This document shows positions 1-11,685 of a stretch of 64,000 nucleotides of DNA, one piece after another. Origin of the DNA: Eledone cirrhosa (Eukaryota); assembly GCA_964016885.1 (NCBI GenBank), contig CAXHJY010000888.1:1-64000 (forward strand), written 5' to 3'. The translations under genes were made by a program, and so were the position numbers. Every line of letters starts with the position of its first letter. Within the stretch, counting starts at the first letter, position 1. The notes below the pieces were generated by a model. That model was given only the letters and a program-made list of their open reading frames with translations. It was not told the DNA's origin and searched no databases.

Positions 1-58
1 GAACCAGATGGACCATAACGCACCAAAGTGGGTAATAGGAACGGGGGGGGTCATACTT

Positions 59-165
<107 letters not shown>

Positions 166-410
166 TGGTGTAAACGTGGTATAGCTGCTGCTGATTACCA
201 ACAATTTACCAAGGACGAGGAGGAAGAATAGTAAGTTTCTTTTTCCTCCTCCCGCACTCCCTCTCCTCCCCTCTCCTCCCCTCCCCCCTCCTACCAGTTC
301 TTACTAACAGTTAATGATATGTAAATTTTATGCAAAAATGTTTGGTTGATATTTCCAAATGTCGTTTCCACCAGCAAAACAATAATCTGATTTTGTCCTA
401 TATTCTAGAG

Positions 411-738
411 CAGAGGTGTCTGAAAGTGCTCCCCCACCCCGGGGCGTTGAGAAGGTCCTCGGCCGCACTGAGGCCTAGCAGGGGCAGTAAAGATGATATA
501 ATAGTATATTTAATATCAAATGATACATATTACATATATATAGTAAAATAACAAATATATATTTATTTACACATAGTATAAATTATATTATTTATTGTAT
601 ATAAAGTAATGATTTAATTTATTATATATTATTTACAATTTGTGTATAAACAGGTCTCTGGAAATAAGGGTGGGGGCGCTGAGGGGTATTACGTGGCTGT
701 GAGGGGACGGGGTGACCCCAAATGTTTGAGAAACTCTG
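411..738. mobile_element. Non-autonomous hAT (Charlie-like) MITE
   Basis: Imperfect TIRs (CAGAGGTGTCTGAAA ... TTTGAGAAACTCTG) flanked by an 8-bp TSD TTCTAGAG (403-410) / TTCAAGAG (739-746), matching the NTCTAGAN preference of hAT-Charlie. A related end fragment lies at ~6410-6470 on the minus strand. Confidence 0.75.
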
Positions 739-763
739 TTCAAGAGGATAAGGGGAAATAGAC

Positions 764-811
764 TGGCCTAGTAGTTAGTGTGGTGGGCTGAGGATCACGA
801 GGTCGTAGGTT
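764..811 (+). mobile_element. Truncated tRNA-derived SINE head
   Basis: A-box-like TGGCCTAGTAGTT followed by a tRNA-like body that stops at the start of the B box (GGTT). Confidence 0.5.
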
Positions 812-866
812 ATACATCTTTGACACAACGCTACCTACTTACAGCTAGCTGAACTGGATTGTTGAC

Positions 867-2267
867 ACACCACCTAGCTCTCTTCTTGTTGAGGAACTGC
901 TTCGCCATGCCGAAGCTCCTCTATACCCTTCGCAGCGCTCCTTGTTACAGCCACGCATCTGACCTCGATACTTGTATCCGTGCAGCAGCGGAGGAGGTAT
1001 GCAACGTCAGGTTTGACGACATTGGGTGGCAACAGGCCACTTTACCTGTCAGATATGGTGGCCTTGGCCTCCGGTCCCCGATCTCGCTGGCGTTGCCGGC
1101 GTTTCTTTCGTCGGTAACCTCATGCCCCGTCCTCGTCAGCATGGTTCTCCAAAACATAATGGAACCCTCTGTGATCGGGGAACGTAAGGCCGGCCGCCTG
1201 TGAGATATGGGACCGGCTGGGACTTAACCCCCTCCTTCTTCTCCCCCTCCTGACGTCAAGTCCCCTCCAAAGCATTTGGGATGCCATCCAGTGCAGCCTG
1301 GCCCACGCGCCAGCTCGACCAGCACCGCCTTGCCTGTTTTCGCGCGGCCTCCAAACCCCACAGTGGTGTCTGGCTCCACGCCTTGCTCTCCTCCACTGGC
1401 ACGCAGCTGGATAACGATAGCCTGCGCATCAGCTTTTCCTTGAGGTTTGGCCTTCGGATCTGCGATCCACACCAATGTCGCTGTGGATCCATCCACTGTG
1501 GATTTTTTCGACCTCCGCCCGCTTTCCTGTCGCCACAGTGCCGGCCGCCTTCCACACCATGCTGCCCTCAACGAGGTCATAAAGCATGGCTTGGATGCTG
1601 CAGGCTTCCCCTCCCAGCTCGAGCCGATGGGGCTGGACCGAGGGGACGGCAAAAAGCCAGACGGAATGACCATCTTCCCGTTCCGCGGTGGCAAACCCCT
1701 CGTCTGGGATGCCACTTGCAGCGACACTTTCTCCAGCCGCAACCTGGTGCAGTCTGCGACTAACCCAGGTTCTGCTACACGTCCGGCTGAGGAGGTCAAA
1801 CTCTCCAAGTACCGGTCGCTCTCCGACAGGTTTGCGGTCGTGCCCTTGGCAGTGGAGACTTCTGGTGTCCTTGGCCTTAGGGTTACCTCCCTACTCACCA
1901 CCATAGGCGCTGAGCTGGCCAGCCTCAGGTGTGAGCCTCGCGAGTTGGAATGGCTCTTCCAGCGTGTCTCCCTTACCATCCTCCGGGGAAAACGCCTTCT
2001 CCATTCTGTTCGCCGGGGCTGTGGGGAGCCCAGCACGTAGAACCCATTTGCTCACCATACAGAGAGATGGAGGCGATGACAGTGGGAGTTCGGCTCTTCC
2101 ACTTTCGGACCATACCCTTGCGGTTGTGTTTATTATCTATAGAGCCATAGCTATATTGGTCTCTTTTCTTTATCTGAACTGATATCAAATTAGTGTGATA
2201 TATTTGAGATATTGAACATAGAAGTACATCATACATCTGTGCATTACATACGTACAGTGAACTATAC
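867..2267 (+). mobile_element. 5'-truncated, frameshifted non-LTR retrotransposon with restriction-like endonuclease (CRE-like clade)
   Basis: Three overlapping frames (859-1203, 1281-~1495, ~1520-2040) give the post-RT motifs PKLLYTLRS and LPVRYGGLGLR, then SGVWL, a Zn-knuckle remnant (CRCG...LSC) and the RLE motif GKKPDG...GKPLVWDAT...K..KY...PLAVETSG...FQRVS. The region is GC-rich relative to its flanks and followed by a putative 3' UTR. Confidence 0.85.
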
Positions 2268-2384
2268 GACACAGTGGCACCTACTTACAGCTAGGTGGAC
2301 TGAATTGTTGACTGTGGTACCTACTTACAGCTAGGTGGACTGAGTTGTTGACAGTGGTACCTACTTACAGCTAGGTGGACTGAA
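2268..2384. repeat. 40-bp tandem repeat, ~2.9 copies
   Basis: Unit CTACTTACAGCTAGGTGGACTGARTTGTTGACWGTGGTAC starts at 2281, 2321 and 2361. A diverged single copy lies at 822-866. Confidence 0.95.
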
Positions 2385-2473
2385 CCGTATCAAGAGGTGA
2401 CTAAAAAGGATTGGCGCAAAGAAAGGCATCCAGTTGTAAAACTGCCTAAAAATAGCCCGTTATGGGGTCCACA

Positions 2474-2770
2474 CAGGGTTGAATTTAGACCTTAGGGAGC
2501 TGGGGTACTTCAGGTTTGGGATTGCTCTTCATACACAAAAATTAGAATACACAGCAACCCCACCAATTTTACATATCAAAGTTAGCTTGGTGTAAGTAAT
2601 TTGAATTGAAAAGTTATACATACAGGTATTAGATTAAAAAATCCTAACCATCCTAAAAGTAAAAAGCCCAGCTGAGGACACAAACATATTGCTACGACCA
2701 TCACTGGTGGGGCCGCCCTACTACTGGTTTTGGGACAATTGCCCCCCCTCCCCCATTAAATCCGGCACTG
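2474..2770. mobile_element. Non-autonomous hAT-type MITE
   Basis: Imperfect TIRs CAGGGTTGAATTTA / TAAATCCGGCACTG (10/14) and an 8-bp TSD GGTCCACA (2466-2473) / GGCCCACA (2771-2778). Confidence 0.7.
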
Positions 2771-3529
2771 GGCCCACAAAGCTAAGCCCAGCTTCGGCAA
2801 CGAAAATAGCCTTAATCAGTTTATTGTTCTTGTTCTTGTTGTTGTACAGAGTAAATCATGTTTAGTCCCCCCCCCCCCCGAGTCAGTGAAAACAAAACAT
2901 TGAAGAATGTTTATCAGCGAAGGACATTATTTTCCTAAAAGTGATCAATTTTTACGAAATAGATCACCACAAATAAATACACGTAGAACAGGAAAGAATC
3001 GTTTAATAATTATAAATTACTAATTACTTGATAGAGCCTCCCTAATTAGAAAGAGTTGAAATAACTATTAATTAAACATTCTTTGTTGAAAAATAATTTC
3101 TATTTAAAAGAAAACAATAAATGGAATGGAATTGAAAGAAAAGAAAAAAATCTTGGAAATCAATTGAAAACGAAATGATATTTCTAAATAGTCTGTTATT
3201 GATTTCGTATTGCCACTGAGTCACGTGATGGTTGGTCCTTCACCAGTTTGGCGATGAGCGTTCAGTAGTTCGGTCTATTGAATGTGTCCAACATGTGTAT
3301 TGCAACGTGTGGTGTTTCTATCACACAGACACGTGTAACACCTCTTAATGTAATACAGGAATTGTAACATGTGGTCTTGGTATTTCACAAGCACGTGTAC
3401 CTGTTAATGTCCAACACATGTGGTTTTGCTATACGTGTAGTACTACTTAATGTAATACATAAAGTGTCATATGTGATTTTGCTATCCCACACAAAAAAAA
3501 GTTAATATTTAAAACAACAAAAAGGAAAG

Positions 3530-3750
3530 GATCGGACCGAGGAAACAATGTTTCCATTAGTCTTTCCATTACCGATACTATCTGCCAGAATAATGGAGCT
3601 GATCATCCGATCGGACCAAGGAACCAATGTTTCCATTGGTCTTTCCATTACTGATACTATCTTCCGGTCAGAACTCCTGGCAGAAGAAAGGGTCTGATTG
3701 TTAGATCGAACCAATGAATTTATGCCTCCATTGATCTTTCCATTGCTGAC
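3530..3750. repeat. Degenerate ~80-95-bp direct repeat, 3 copies
   Basis: GATCGGACCRAGGAAMCAATGTTTCCATTRGTCTTTCCATTACYGATACTATCT at ~3530 and ~3609, with a more diverged copy at ~3704. Confidence 0.8.
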
Positions 3751-3891
3751 AGGAGGAGGAGGAAGAGGAGGGGGGAGATGAGGGGGGGGGGGGGGGTGGG
3801 GGGGGGGGGGGGGGTGAAATTTGAATTCAAAACTCACAAACACTTGAACAATTCCGCCTTCCCCTCTCCTCCACCACCACCACTACAGCCA

Positions 3892-3990
3892 CTGTTTCTT
3901 TATTTTATCGATCCTGAATTGATGAAAGACAAAGTTTATCTCGCCAGGGTTTTGAACTCAAAGCTGAAAGAACGGCAAGAAATACAGAGA
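3892..3990 (-). mobile_element. Degenerate tRNA-derived SINE fragment (family A)
   Basis: Reverse complement contains GAGTTCAAAACCC...AAACTTTGTCTTTCATCAATTCAGGATCGATAAAATAAAG, homologous to 5775-5840. Confidence 0.7.
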
Positions 3991-4460
3991 TATCTAATCC
4001 GTCATTCCAACGAAAAAATAGAAATAAAAAGTTTTAAAAAATAATGAAAATAATGAAAAATAATAACAAAAACTAACAAAAACAAAAATAACAAATAAAG
4101 ATAATACAATAAAAATAAGATAAAATAAAAAAAAAAAAAATAGATAAAAAAAAATAATAATAAAATAAAAAAAAACAAAAAACCTCCCAAAATATAACAA
4201 TAAAAATAAGTAAAACAAAATAAAAATAAAATAATTAATTAATACCCCCCCCCCCACGTCCCTGGAATAAATCTTGGAAATTAATTCAAAGCGAAATAAT
4301 ATTCTTAATAGCTTCTTATTGATTGGTAATTAACAGAGAAATTAAAACGAGGCTCATCTATGTAATTGTTCGAATGACTAATAACTTTTACTTGCTGATG
4401 AAATACTGGAAACAATATCGAACACAATAGAGCGATTGATTGATTTTTAATCAATATAAT

Positions 4461-5322
4461 GTTGTTGGTGTTGTTGTTGATGGAGTTGATGTTGGTGTTG
4501 TTGGTGTTGATGTTAGTGTTGTTGGTGTTGATGTTAGTGTTGTTGGTGGTGGTGTTGGTGGTGGTGTTGGTGTTGATGTTGGTGGTGGTGGTGTTGGTGT
4601 TGTTGTTGGTGTTGGTGGTGGTGTTGGTGTTGGTGTTGATGTTGGTGTTGATGTTGGTGTTGATGTTGGTGTTGTTCTTGGTGTTGGTGTTGTTGTTCTT
4701 GGTGTTGGTGGTGTTGTTGGTGTTGGTGTTGTTGTTCTTGGTGTTGGTGTTGTTGGTGTTGGTGTTGTTCTTGGTGTTGGTGTTGTTGCTGGTGTTGTTG
4801 GTGTTGTTGTTGGTGGTGTTGTTGTTGTTGGTGTTGGTGTTGTTGTTCTTGGTGTTGGTGTTGTTGGTGGTGTTGGTGTTCTTGGTGTTGGTGTTGTTGG
4901 TGTTGTTGTTCTTGGTGTTGTTGTTCTTGGTGTTGGTGTTGTTGGTGGTGTTGGTGTTGGTGTTGATGGTGTTGTTGTTGGTGTTGGTGTTATTGGTGTT
5001 GTTGGTGGTGTTGTTGTTGATATTGTTGTTGATATTGTTGTTGATATTGTTGTTGATATTGTTGTTGATATTGTTGTTGATATTGTTGTTGGTATTGTTG
5101 TTGATATTGTTGGTGGTATTGTTGTTGGTATTGTTATTGGTATTGTTGTTGGTGTTGTTGTTGGTGTTGTTGTTGTTGGTGGTGTTGTTGGTGTTGTTGG
5201 TGTTGTTGGTATTTTTGTTGGTATTGTTGTTGGTATTGTTGGTGTTGGTGTTGTTGGTATTTTTGTTGTTGGTGTTGTTGTTAGTGTTGTTGCTGGTATT
5301 GTTGTTGTTGTTGGTGTTTTTG
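4461..5322. repeat. (GTT/GGT/GAT)n compound trinucleotide microsatellite
   Basis: Read directly. It explains the V/G-, L/V- and T/P-rich ORFs here. Confidence 0.95.
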
Positions 5323-5709
5323 TTAAATATAAACTAAACCACACACATGGGAGTGGAATCTCGTCGCTCTGACGCCCTGCCCTCAAATTTTGACTCTAAA
5401 CCTTTTATTCCTCGCTTTGTCTAGTTTTCTACATTGTATGTCGTGATTTGTGGTCGGAAGAATTAAAATGAAAATTGAAATCGAGATGAGAAACTAACGA
5501 TCTATGTAATTGTAGGATATCTGTCGGTAGCGACGATGATTTTCTCCAGTTGTCTGAACACAAGAAGCAACCTGCTTGTGGAATTAACGTTCAAGTGGCT
5601 GAGCATTCCAAAGATACGTGTACCTTTAAAGCAGATCTCAGAAAGATTCAGTACGACACAGTGTGTGACAAGACCGACCCTTTGAATTATAGGTACAATC
5701 CATCTTGCA

Positions 5710-5893
5710 TTCGGCAGTATCGGTAGAAGGTTGGACGCCATGCTTTGACACAGAGTTACAGCCCTTGCCATTCTGAGTTCAAATCCCGCCGAGGTTAACT
5801 TTGCCTTTCATCCTTACGGGGTCGATAAAATAAAGTACCAGTAATGCACTGGGGTAATTGCTGGCCTTGTTCCAAAAGTAGAAACAATTATTT
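5710..5893 (+). mobile_element. tRNA-derived SINE, family A (Meta-domain-like central motif)
   Basis: A box (GGCAGTATCGG), B box (GAGTTCAAATCCC), central GCCTTTCATCCTTACGGGGTCGATAAAATAAAGTACCAG and tail GAAACAATTATT. At least seven related copies occur in the window. The superfamily name is from recall, not a search. Confidence 0.85.
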
Positions 5894-6229
5894 ATTCAAA
5901 GTAATCCAACTTATTTTACTAAGGGGATAAACAATTATAAACCGTACGCAGTCCCGCGCTTCTTACTTTATTAGATAAACCTTTTGAATTATCGAAGTGC
6001 TGGAAGTATTTGAAATTTGAAAATGCGGAATCCTAAACACACAAAATAACTGTAATAACAGTCGTTCACTATTGATAATAGTTGAGAAGGAAAAAATGTG
6101 GAGAGAAGCGCACGGTATTCAAAAGGTTCGGTATTCAGAGTTCGATTCCTCGTAAGCAGCTCTGTTTATGTTTTCCCGTCTCTAGGAGAAATTTACCCAA
6201 ATTTTCTCAACTATTATCTGTAATAATTG

Positions 6230-6386
6230 ACTGTTATAAAAAAATTCGTTGTAACGAAAAATTCTTTATAACGAGATCGACCGAGCCAAATCTAGCGTGT
6301 GTCGTTATTACCTCGGGGATTGAAAAAAATTCGTTATACTGAAAATTCGTTATAATGGTATTCGTTATAACGGAATTTTACCTGCA
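6230..6386. mobile_element. Terminal region of a Tc1/mariner (pogo/Tigger-like) MITE
   Basis: Repeated subterminal TTCGTTATAAC motifs ending in ...GGAATTTTACCTG. The opposite end was not identified. Confidence 0.5.
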
Positions 6387-6666
6387 TGTTATTATATCAT
6401 CTCTAACGACCGGCCCCTCGACCTTCTCAATGCCCACGGGGACCTGTAGCGCCCACTGCGAGAAGCTCTGAACTAGGGTCTACCCCCGACTTTATTCTTT
6501 TAAAACTAAAGTATTACTGGTATTTATGGTGCAAGATTAAATTAGCTCTCAGATCCCGAGGGATGAAACTGGTGTGGCGTTCCGTAACCTCTCGTATGTT
6601 CTCTCTCTCTCATCTCCCTCTCTTTCTCTATGTATCTATGTATAATATACGTACATAAACACACAC

Positions 6667-6738
<72 letters not shown>

Positions 6739-7214
6739 TCCCATGAGAGTAGCAGATAAACGCGTGGAATATACGTCAACTTTACACAAAACACACACAC
6801 AGACACAGACACACACACAGACACATATATATATATGAAAATGTTAATCTGCGGTTCATGCAAAATTCTAATTTAGAGAAGAAAAAAAACTGATAATTCT
6901 ATATGAAAAAAACTTTTTTGGTAGTGTTGGTGGTGGGGGATGATTTTGTGAATATTATCAAAGAGGAAGTAACTCAGATTTGTTTTAACCTATAACGCAA
7001 CAGTCTTGCAACATATTGACTTACTCCAGGGATCTGTTTTAGGTCGTAGCCTTTTTGCAAATCTTTCAAGAAACTGTAACAACAAACAATTCCTTAGAGG
7101 TTTTAATCAACTTAGAACAAGTTTCTATGTCTGTATTTGTAAACTGGTTTATTTCTAGTAAATATCTTCTTACATTGAGAATCTGAACTAGAGAATTACT
7201 GGTTGTGGAGTTAG

Positions 7215-7385
7215 AATCTAGTGGTAAGTGTGTTGGATTTATGATCATAACATCGTGGATTCGATTCCTGGACTGGGTTGTGTGTTGTGTTCTGGAGCAA
7301 AACACTTCACTTCCCGTTGCTCCATTATACTCAGCAGAAGATGAATACCAGCAATAGCTGAGGGTTTAACCCTGCAATGGCTTCT
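7215..7385 (+). mobile_element. tRNA-derived CORE-type SINE (family B)
   Basis: A box TCTAGTGGTAAG, B box GATTCGATTCC, then CORE-like TGTGTTCTGGAGCAAAACACTTCACTTCCCGTTGCTCC. Confidence 0.7.
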
Positions 7386-7457
7386 TGACCTAATGTTCCT
7401 CGGGTTATTACATTGAGAAGCGTTAAATTTGTGTTTGTATATATATATATATATATC

Positions 7458-7676
7458 TGTTGGTCGATTGGTTATTGAATAGCGAAAGCAGCTGGTGAGG
7501 CCACACGCGCCGATTGTGCATTGTTACATATTAAATGCACACAGTGGATGCTGTGCACTCTATTGTTGCGTTAAGTGGGACCGAAACTCGGGTACGGGTA
7601 TAGATTGAAGGTACCCATTTACGTGTGTTGTAATAAAGCGAATAACTATGTGTTTACTCTGGGAATTTACTTAACA
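7458..7676 (+). mobile_element. Possible solo-LTR-like segment
   Basis: TGTT...AACA termini with AATAAA at 7632. No TSD and no PBS seen. Confidence 0.3.
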
Positions 7677-7772
7677 TTACCTACTGAGTACGTTGAGGTG
7701 CAGCTGGTACTAGCAGCGAAACCCATGCTAGTCTCGTTGACTTATTATTATTGCTATTATACACACACACAC

Positions 7773-7815
<43 letters not shown>

Positions 7816-8251
7816 TGTAAATAAAAATGATTATTAAGAAGAAAAATATATTTTTTTCCTTTATTTTTTTCTCTTTTTTCTGGGTTAGAAAATGTTTAAA
7901 ACAAAATATTCAACTTTGTGTGAAGTGTTAAGGTATTTGTTAATTTATTTATTAATTAACAATAGCATTGATTTATTTATTAATTAATTAATTTATTTAA
8001 TAATTATCAATTAGCGGTTTCAGCATTTTATGCATTATCAAATTATGTGAGTGGGAGGGAAATTGTATTGGTATAAAATGTAGGAGAGAAGATAAGGGGA
8101 TGTTGAACATGTTATTGAAATGGGAAAGAAAGAATAATATTATTTACAAACAAATATATATATATAGTAATAAGAATATTTATATTTATATATGTTTGAT
8201 ATAACTATAAATATGAAGGGTAGTACTAAGTACTAGCTGGTTACCGGTATG

Positions 8252-8311
<60 letters not shown>

Positions 8312-8314
8312 TAC

Positions 8315-8425
8315 CATTACAGAAGTCCGACGAGCTTTTGGTTTTAGAGTCGGTCCAGATCGATACAGATCGAGCCTTGAGCTGATCAATCACGAAACGC
8401 ACGTCACACCTCAATAAATGTAATG
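8315..8425 (+). ncRNA. Degenerate type I hammerhead-ribozyme-like motif (copy 1)
   Basis: CCGACGA (CUGANGA with U4>C), a long G...C-closed stem II region, GAAA-CG-CA-CG-TC, and distal stem I CATTACA/TGTAATG. Proximal stem I is only 2 bp. Confidence 0.4.
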
Positions 8426-8459
8426 AAGATCTAGCACCTCGTCCTTTTTGTTATTTTAT

Positions 8460-8498
<39 letters not shown>

Positions 8499-8544
8499 GG
8501 TGTGTGTGTATGTATATATGAATGTATACATGAATATATATGTA

Positions 8545-8595
<51 letters not shown>

Positions 8596-8802
8596 CACGT
8601 GGTTTAGTGGCTAGAGCATGTATGTATATTCGTTTATGTTCCTATGTCAGTGTTTACTGGTTATGTCCAGTAAACTTCTCTATAGTATATAACGAGATCG
8701 ATACAAAATAATTAGCAAACTTAAAACAACAACAACAAAGCAACCAACAAAAACAAAAGAAGTATTGGTGTTATTGGGTTGATAGGACCAAGTAAACACC
8801 TT

Positions 8803-9518
8803 GAAGGTGATGTCACGGAAGTCTCGTCACTGACAGTAGTGAAGGTGATGTCACGGAAGTCTCATGAGTGACACATATGAAGGTGATGTCACGGAAGTCT
8901 CGTGAGTGACACTAGTGAAGGTGATGTCACGGAAGTCTCATGAGTGACACATATGAAGGTGATGTCACGGAAGTCTCGTGAGTGACACATATGAAGGTGA
9001 TGTCACAGGAGTCTCATGAGTGACACTGGTGAAGATGTCACAGGAGTCTCGTGAGTGACACATATGAAGGTGATGTCACGGAAGTCTCGTGAGTGACACA
9101 TATGAAGGTGATGTCACGGAAGTCTCATGAGTGACACATATGAAGGTTATGTCACGGAAGTCTCATGAGTGACACATATGAAGGTTATGTCACGGAAGTC
9201 TCATGAGTGACACTGGTGAAGATGATGTCACAGGAGTCTCGTGACTGACACTAGTGAAAGTGATGTCACAGGAGTCTCATGAGTGACACATATGAAGGTG
9301 ATGTCACGGAAGTCTCATGAGTGACACATATGAAGGTTATGTCACGGAAGTCTCATGAGTGACACATATGAAGGTTATGTCACAGGAGTCTCGTGACTGA
9401 CACTAGTGAAAGTGATGTCACAGGAGTCTCATGAGTGACACATATGAAGATGATGTCACAGGAGTCTCGTGACTGACACTAGTGAAAGTAATGTCACAGG
9501 AGTCTCATGAGTGACACA
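8803..9518. repeat. 38-bp minisatellite, ~19 copies
   Basis: Unit GAAGGTGATGTCACGGAAGTCTCATGAGTGACACATAT with variants. Confidence 0.97.
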
Positions 9519-9739
9519 AGTAAAAATATAACAAAAGCCAGACTCTGGCCCAGAAGACATGGAAACCTGAGATGGTGTTTCAAGGTTTTCTGAAGAAACA
9601 ACTAATTTGTAGACAAATATTTAAAAGTACTAACAACACCGAATGGAAGAATTGTTGTAGGTTGCTTCGAAGACCCTTTTAAACTGTGTAACCTGCACCC
9701 CCTCTTTCTTTCCCTACATTCTTTATCTATCTATCTATC

Positions 9740-9819
<80 letters not shown>

Positions 9820-9822
9820 TAC

Positions 9823-9933
9823 CATTACAGAAGTCCGACGAGCTTTTGGTTTTAGAGTCGGTCCAGATCGATACAGATCGAGCCTTGAGCTGATCAATCA
9901 CGAAACGCACGTCACACCTCAATAAATGTAATG
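9823..9933 (+). ncRNA. Degenerate hammerhead-ribozyme-like motif (copy 2)
   Basis: Same sequence as 8315-8425, carried by the tandem duplication. Confidence 0.4.
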
Positions 9934-9967
9934 AAGATCTAGCACCTCGTCCTTTTTGTTATTTTAT

Positions 9968-10006
<39 letters not shown>

Positions 10007-10052
10007 GGTGTGTGTGTATGTATATATGAATGTATACATGAATATATATGTA

Positions 10053-10109
<57 letters not shown>

Positions 10110-10316
10110 CACGTGGTTTAGTGGCTAGAGCATGTATGTATATTCGTTTATGTTCCTATGTCAGTGTTTACTGGTTATGTCCAGTAAACTTCTCTATAGT
10201 ATATAACGAGATCGATACAAAATAATTAGCAAACTTAAAACAACAACAACAAAGCAACCAACAAAAACAAAAGAAGTATTGGTGTTATTGGGTTGATAGG
10301 ACCAAGTAAACACCTT

Positions 10317-11032
10317 GAAGGTGATGTCACGGAAGTCTCGTCACTGACAGTAGTGAAGGTGATGTCACGGAAGTCTCATGAGTGACACATATGAAGGTGA
10401 TGTCACGGAAGTCTCGTGAGTGACACTAGTGAAGGTGATGTCACGGAAGTCTCATGAGTGACACATATGAAGGTGATGTCACGGAAGTCTCGTGAGTGAC
10501 ACATATGAAGGTGATGTCACAGGAGTCTCATGAGTGACACTGGTGAAGATGTCACAGGAGTCTCGTGAGTGACACATATGAAGGTGATGTCACGGAAGTC
10601 TCGTGAGTGACACATATGAAGGTGATGTCACGGAAGTCTCATGAGTGACACATATGAAGGTTATGTCACGGAAGTCTCATGAGTGACACATATGAAGGTT
10701 ATGTCACGGAAGTCTCATGAGTGACACTGGTGAAGATGATGTCACAGGAGTCTCGTGACTGACACTAGTGAAAGTGATGTCACAGGAGTCTCATGAGTGA
10801 CACATATGAAGGTGATGTCACGGAAGTCTCATGAGTGACACATATGAAGGTTATGTCACGGAAGTCTCATGAGTGACACATATGAAGGTTATGTCACAGG
10901 AGTCTCGTGACTGACACTAGTGAAAGTGATGTCACAGGAGTCTCATGAGTGACACATATGAAGATGATGTCACAGGAGTCTCGTGACTGACACTAGTGAA
11001 AGTAATGTCACAGGAGTCTCATGAGTGACACA
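10317..11032. repeat. 38-bp minisatellite, duplicate copy
   Basis: Same length and order of variants as 8803-9518. Confidence 0.97.
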
Positions 11033-11253
11033 AGTAAAAATATAACAAAAGCCAGACTCTGGCCCAGAAGACATGGAAACCTGAGATGGTGTTTCAAGGT
11101 TTTCTGAAGAAACAACTAATTTGTAGACAAATATTTAAAAGTACTAACAACACCGAATGGAAGAATTGTTGTAGGTTGCTTCGAAGACCCTTTTAAACTG
11201 TGTAACCTGCACCCCCTCTTTCTTTCCCTACATTCTTTATCTATCTATCTATC

Positions 11254-11339
<86 letters not shown>

Positions 11340-11342
<3 letters not shown>

Positions 11343-11470
11343 ATAATAATAAATTTGAAGACTAAAATCCAAAGAGGGCTCGATAAGGATAAATATATAT
11401 CAAATATATAAGATCCCGTTAAGGGTGAAAGCAGCGATTCTTTGCTTAAACTTTAATGTGTTATTTTAAT
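11340..11470 (+). mobile_element. Short (TA)n-inserted element, internally deleted copy of 61796-61976
   Basis: Shares GTAATAATAATAAATTTGAAGACTAAAATCCAAAGAGGGCTCG... and TCCCGTTAAGGGTGAAAGCA...TTGCTTAAACTT with 61796-61976. It lacks ~51 bp between two AAGA microhomologies. Confidence 0.85.
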
Positions 11471-11486
11471 ATATATTTGTGTGTGT

Positions 11487-11578
<92 letters not shown>

Positions 11579-11685
11579 CCCATGGTATTTTATCTTTATC
11601 TCTCCAAGTTAACTAAGTTAGTTAAACTTCGCAGTTACTGGAGCGAAGATCTGAGGTCTGGTGTTTTGGATAACTAACATTTATA

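Larger units (their letters stand above)
8306..11339. repeat. Near-identical tandem duplication of a ~1.51-kb unit
   Basis: 8306-~9813 is repeated at 9814-~11339 (offset 1508, then 1514). The differences I can see are in microsatellite lengths. The junctions lie in (TA)n tracts. Confidence 0.97.

Noticed and set aside
1224-2036. 270-aa minus-strand ORF
   Set aside because: It is the antisense shadow of the GC-rich retrotransposon ORF and has no recognisable motifs.
4440-5386. Mucin-like Thr/Pro ORF or Gly/Val-rich structural protein
   Set aside because: Several frames on both strands are open because of trinucleotide repeats. There is no signal peptide or unique coding flank.
8803-11032. 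CRISPR-like array of palindromic 38-bp repeats
   Set aside because: Units are contiguous with no unique spacers.
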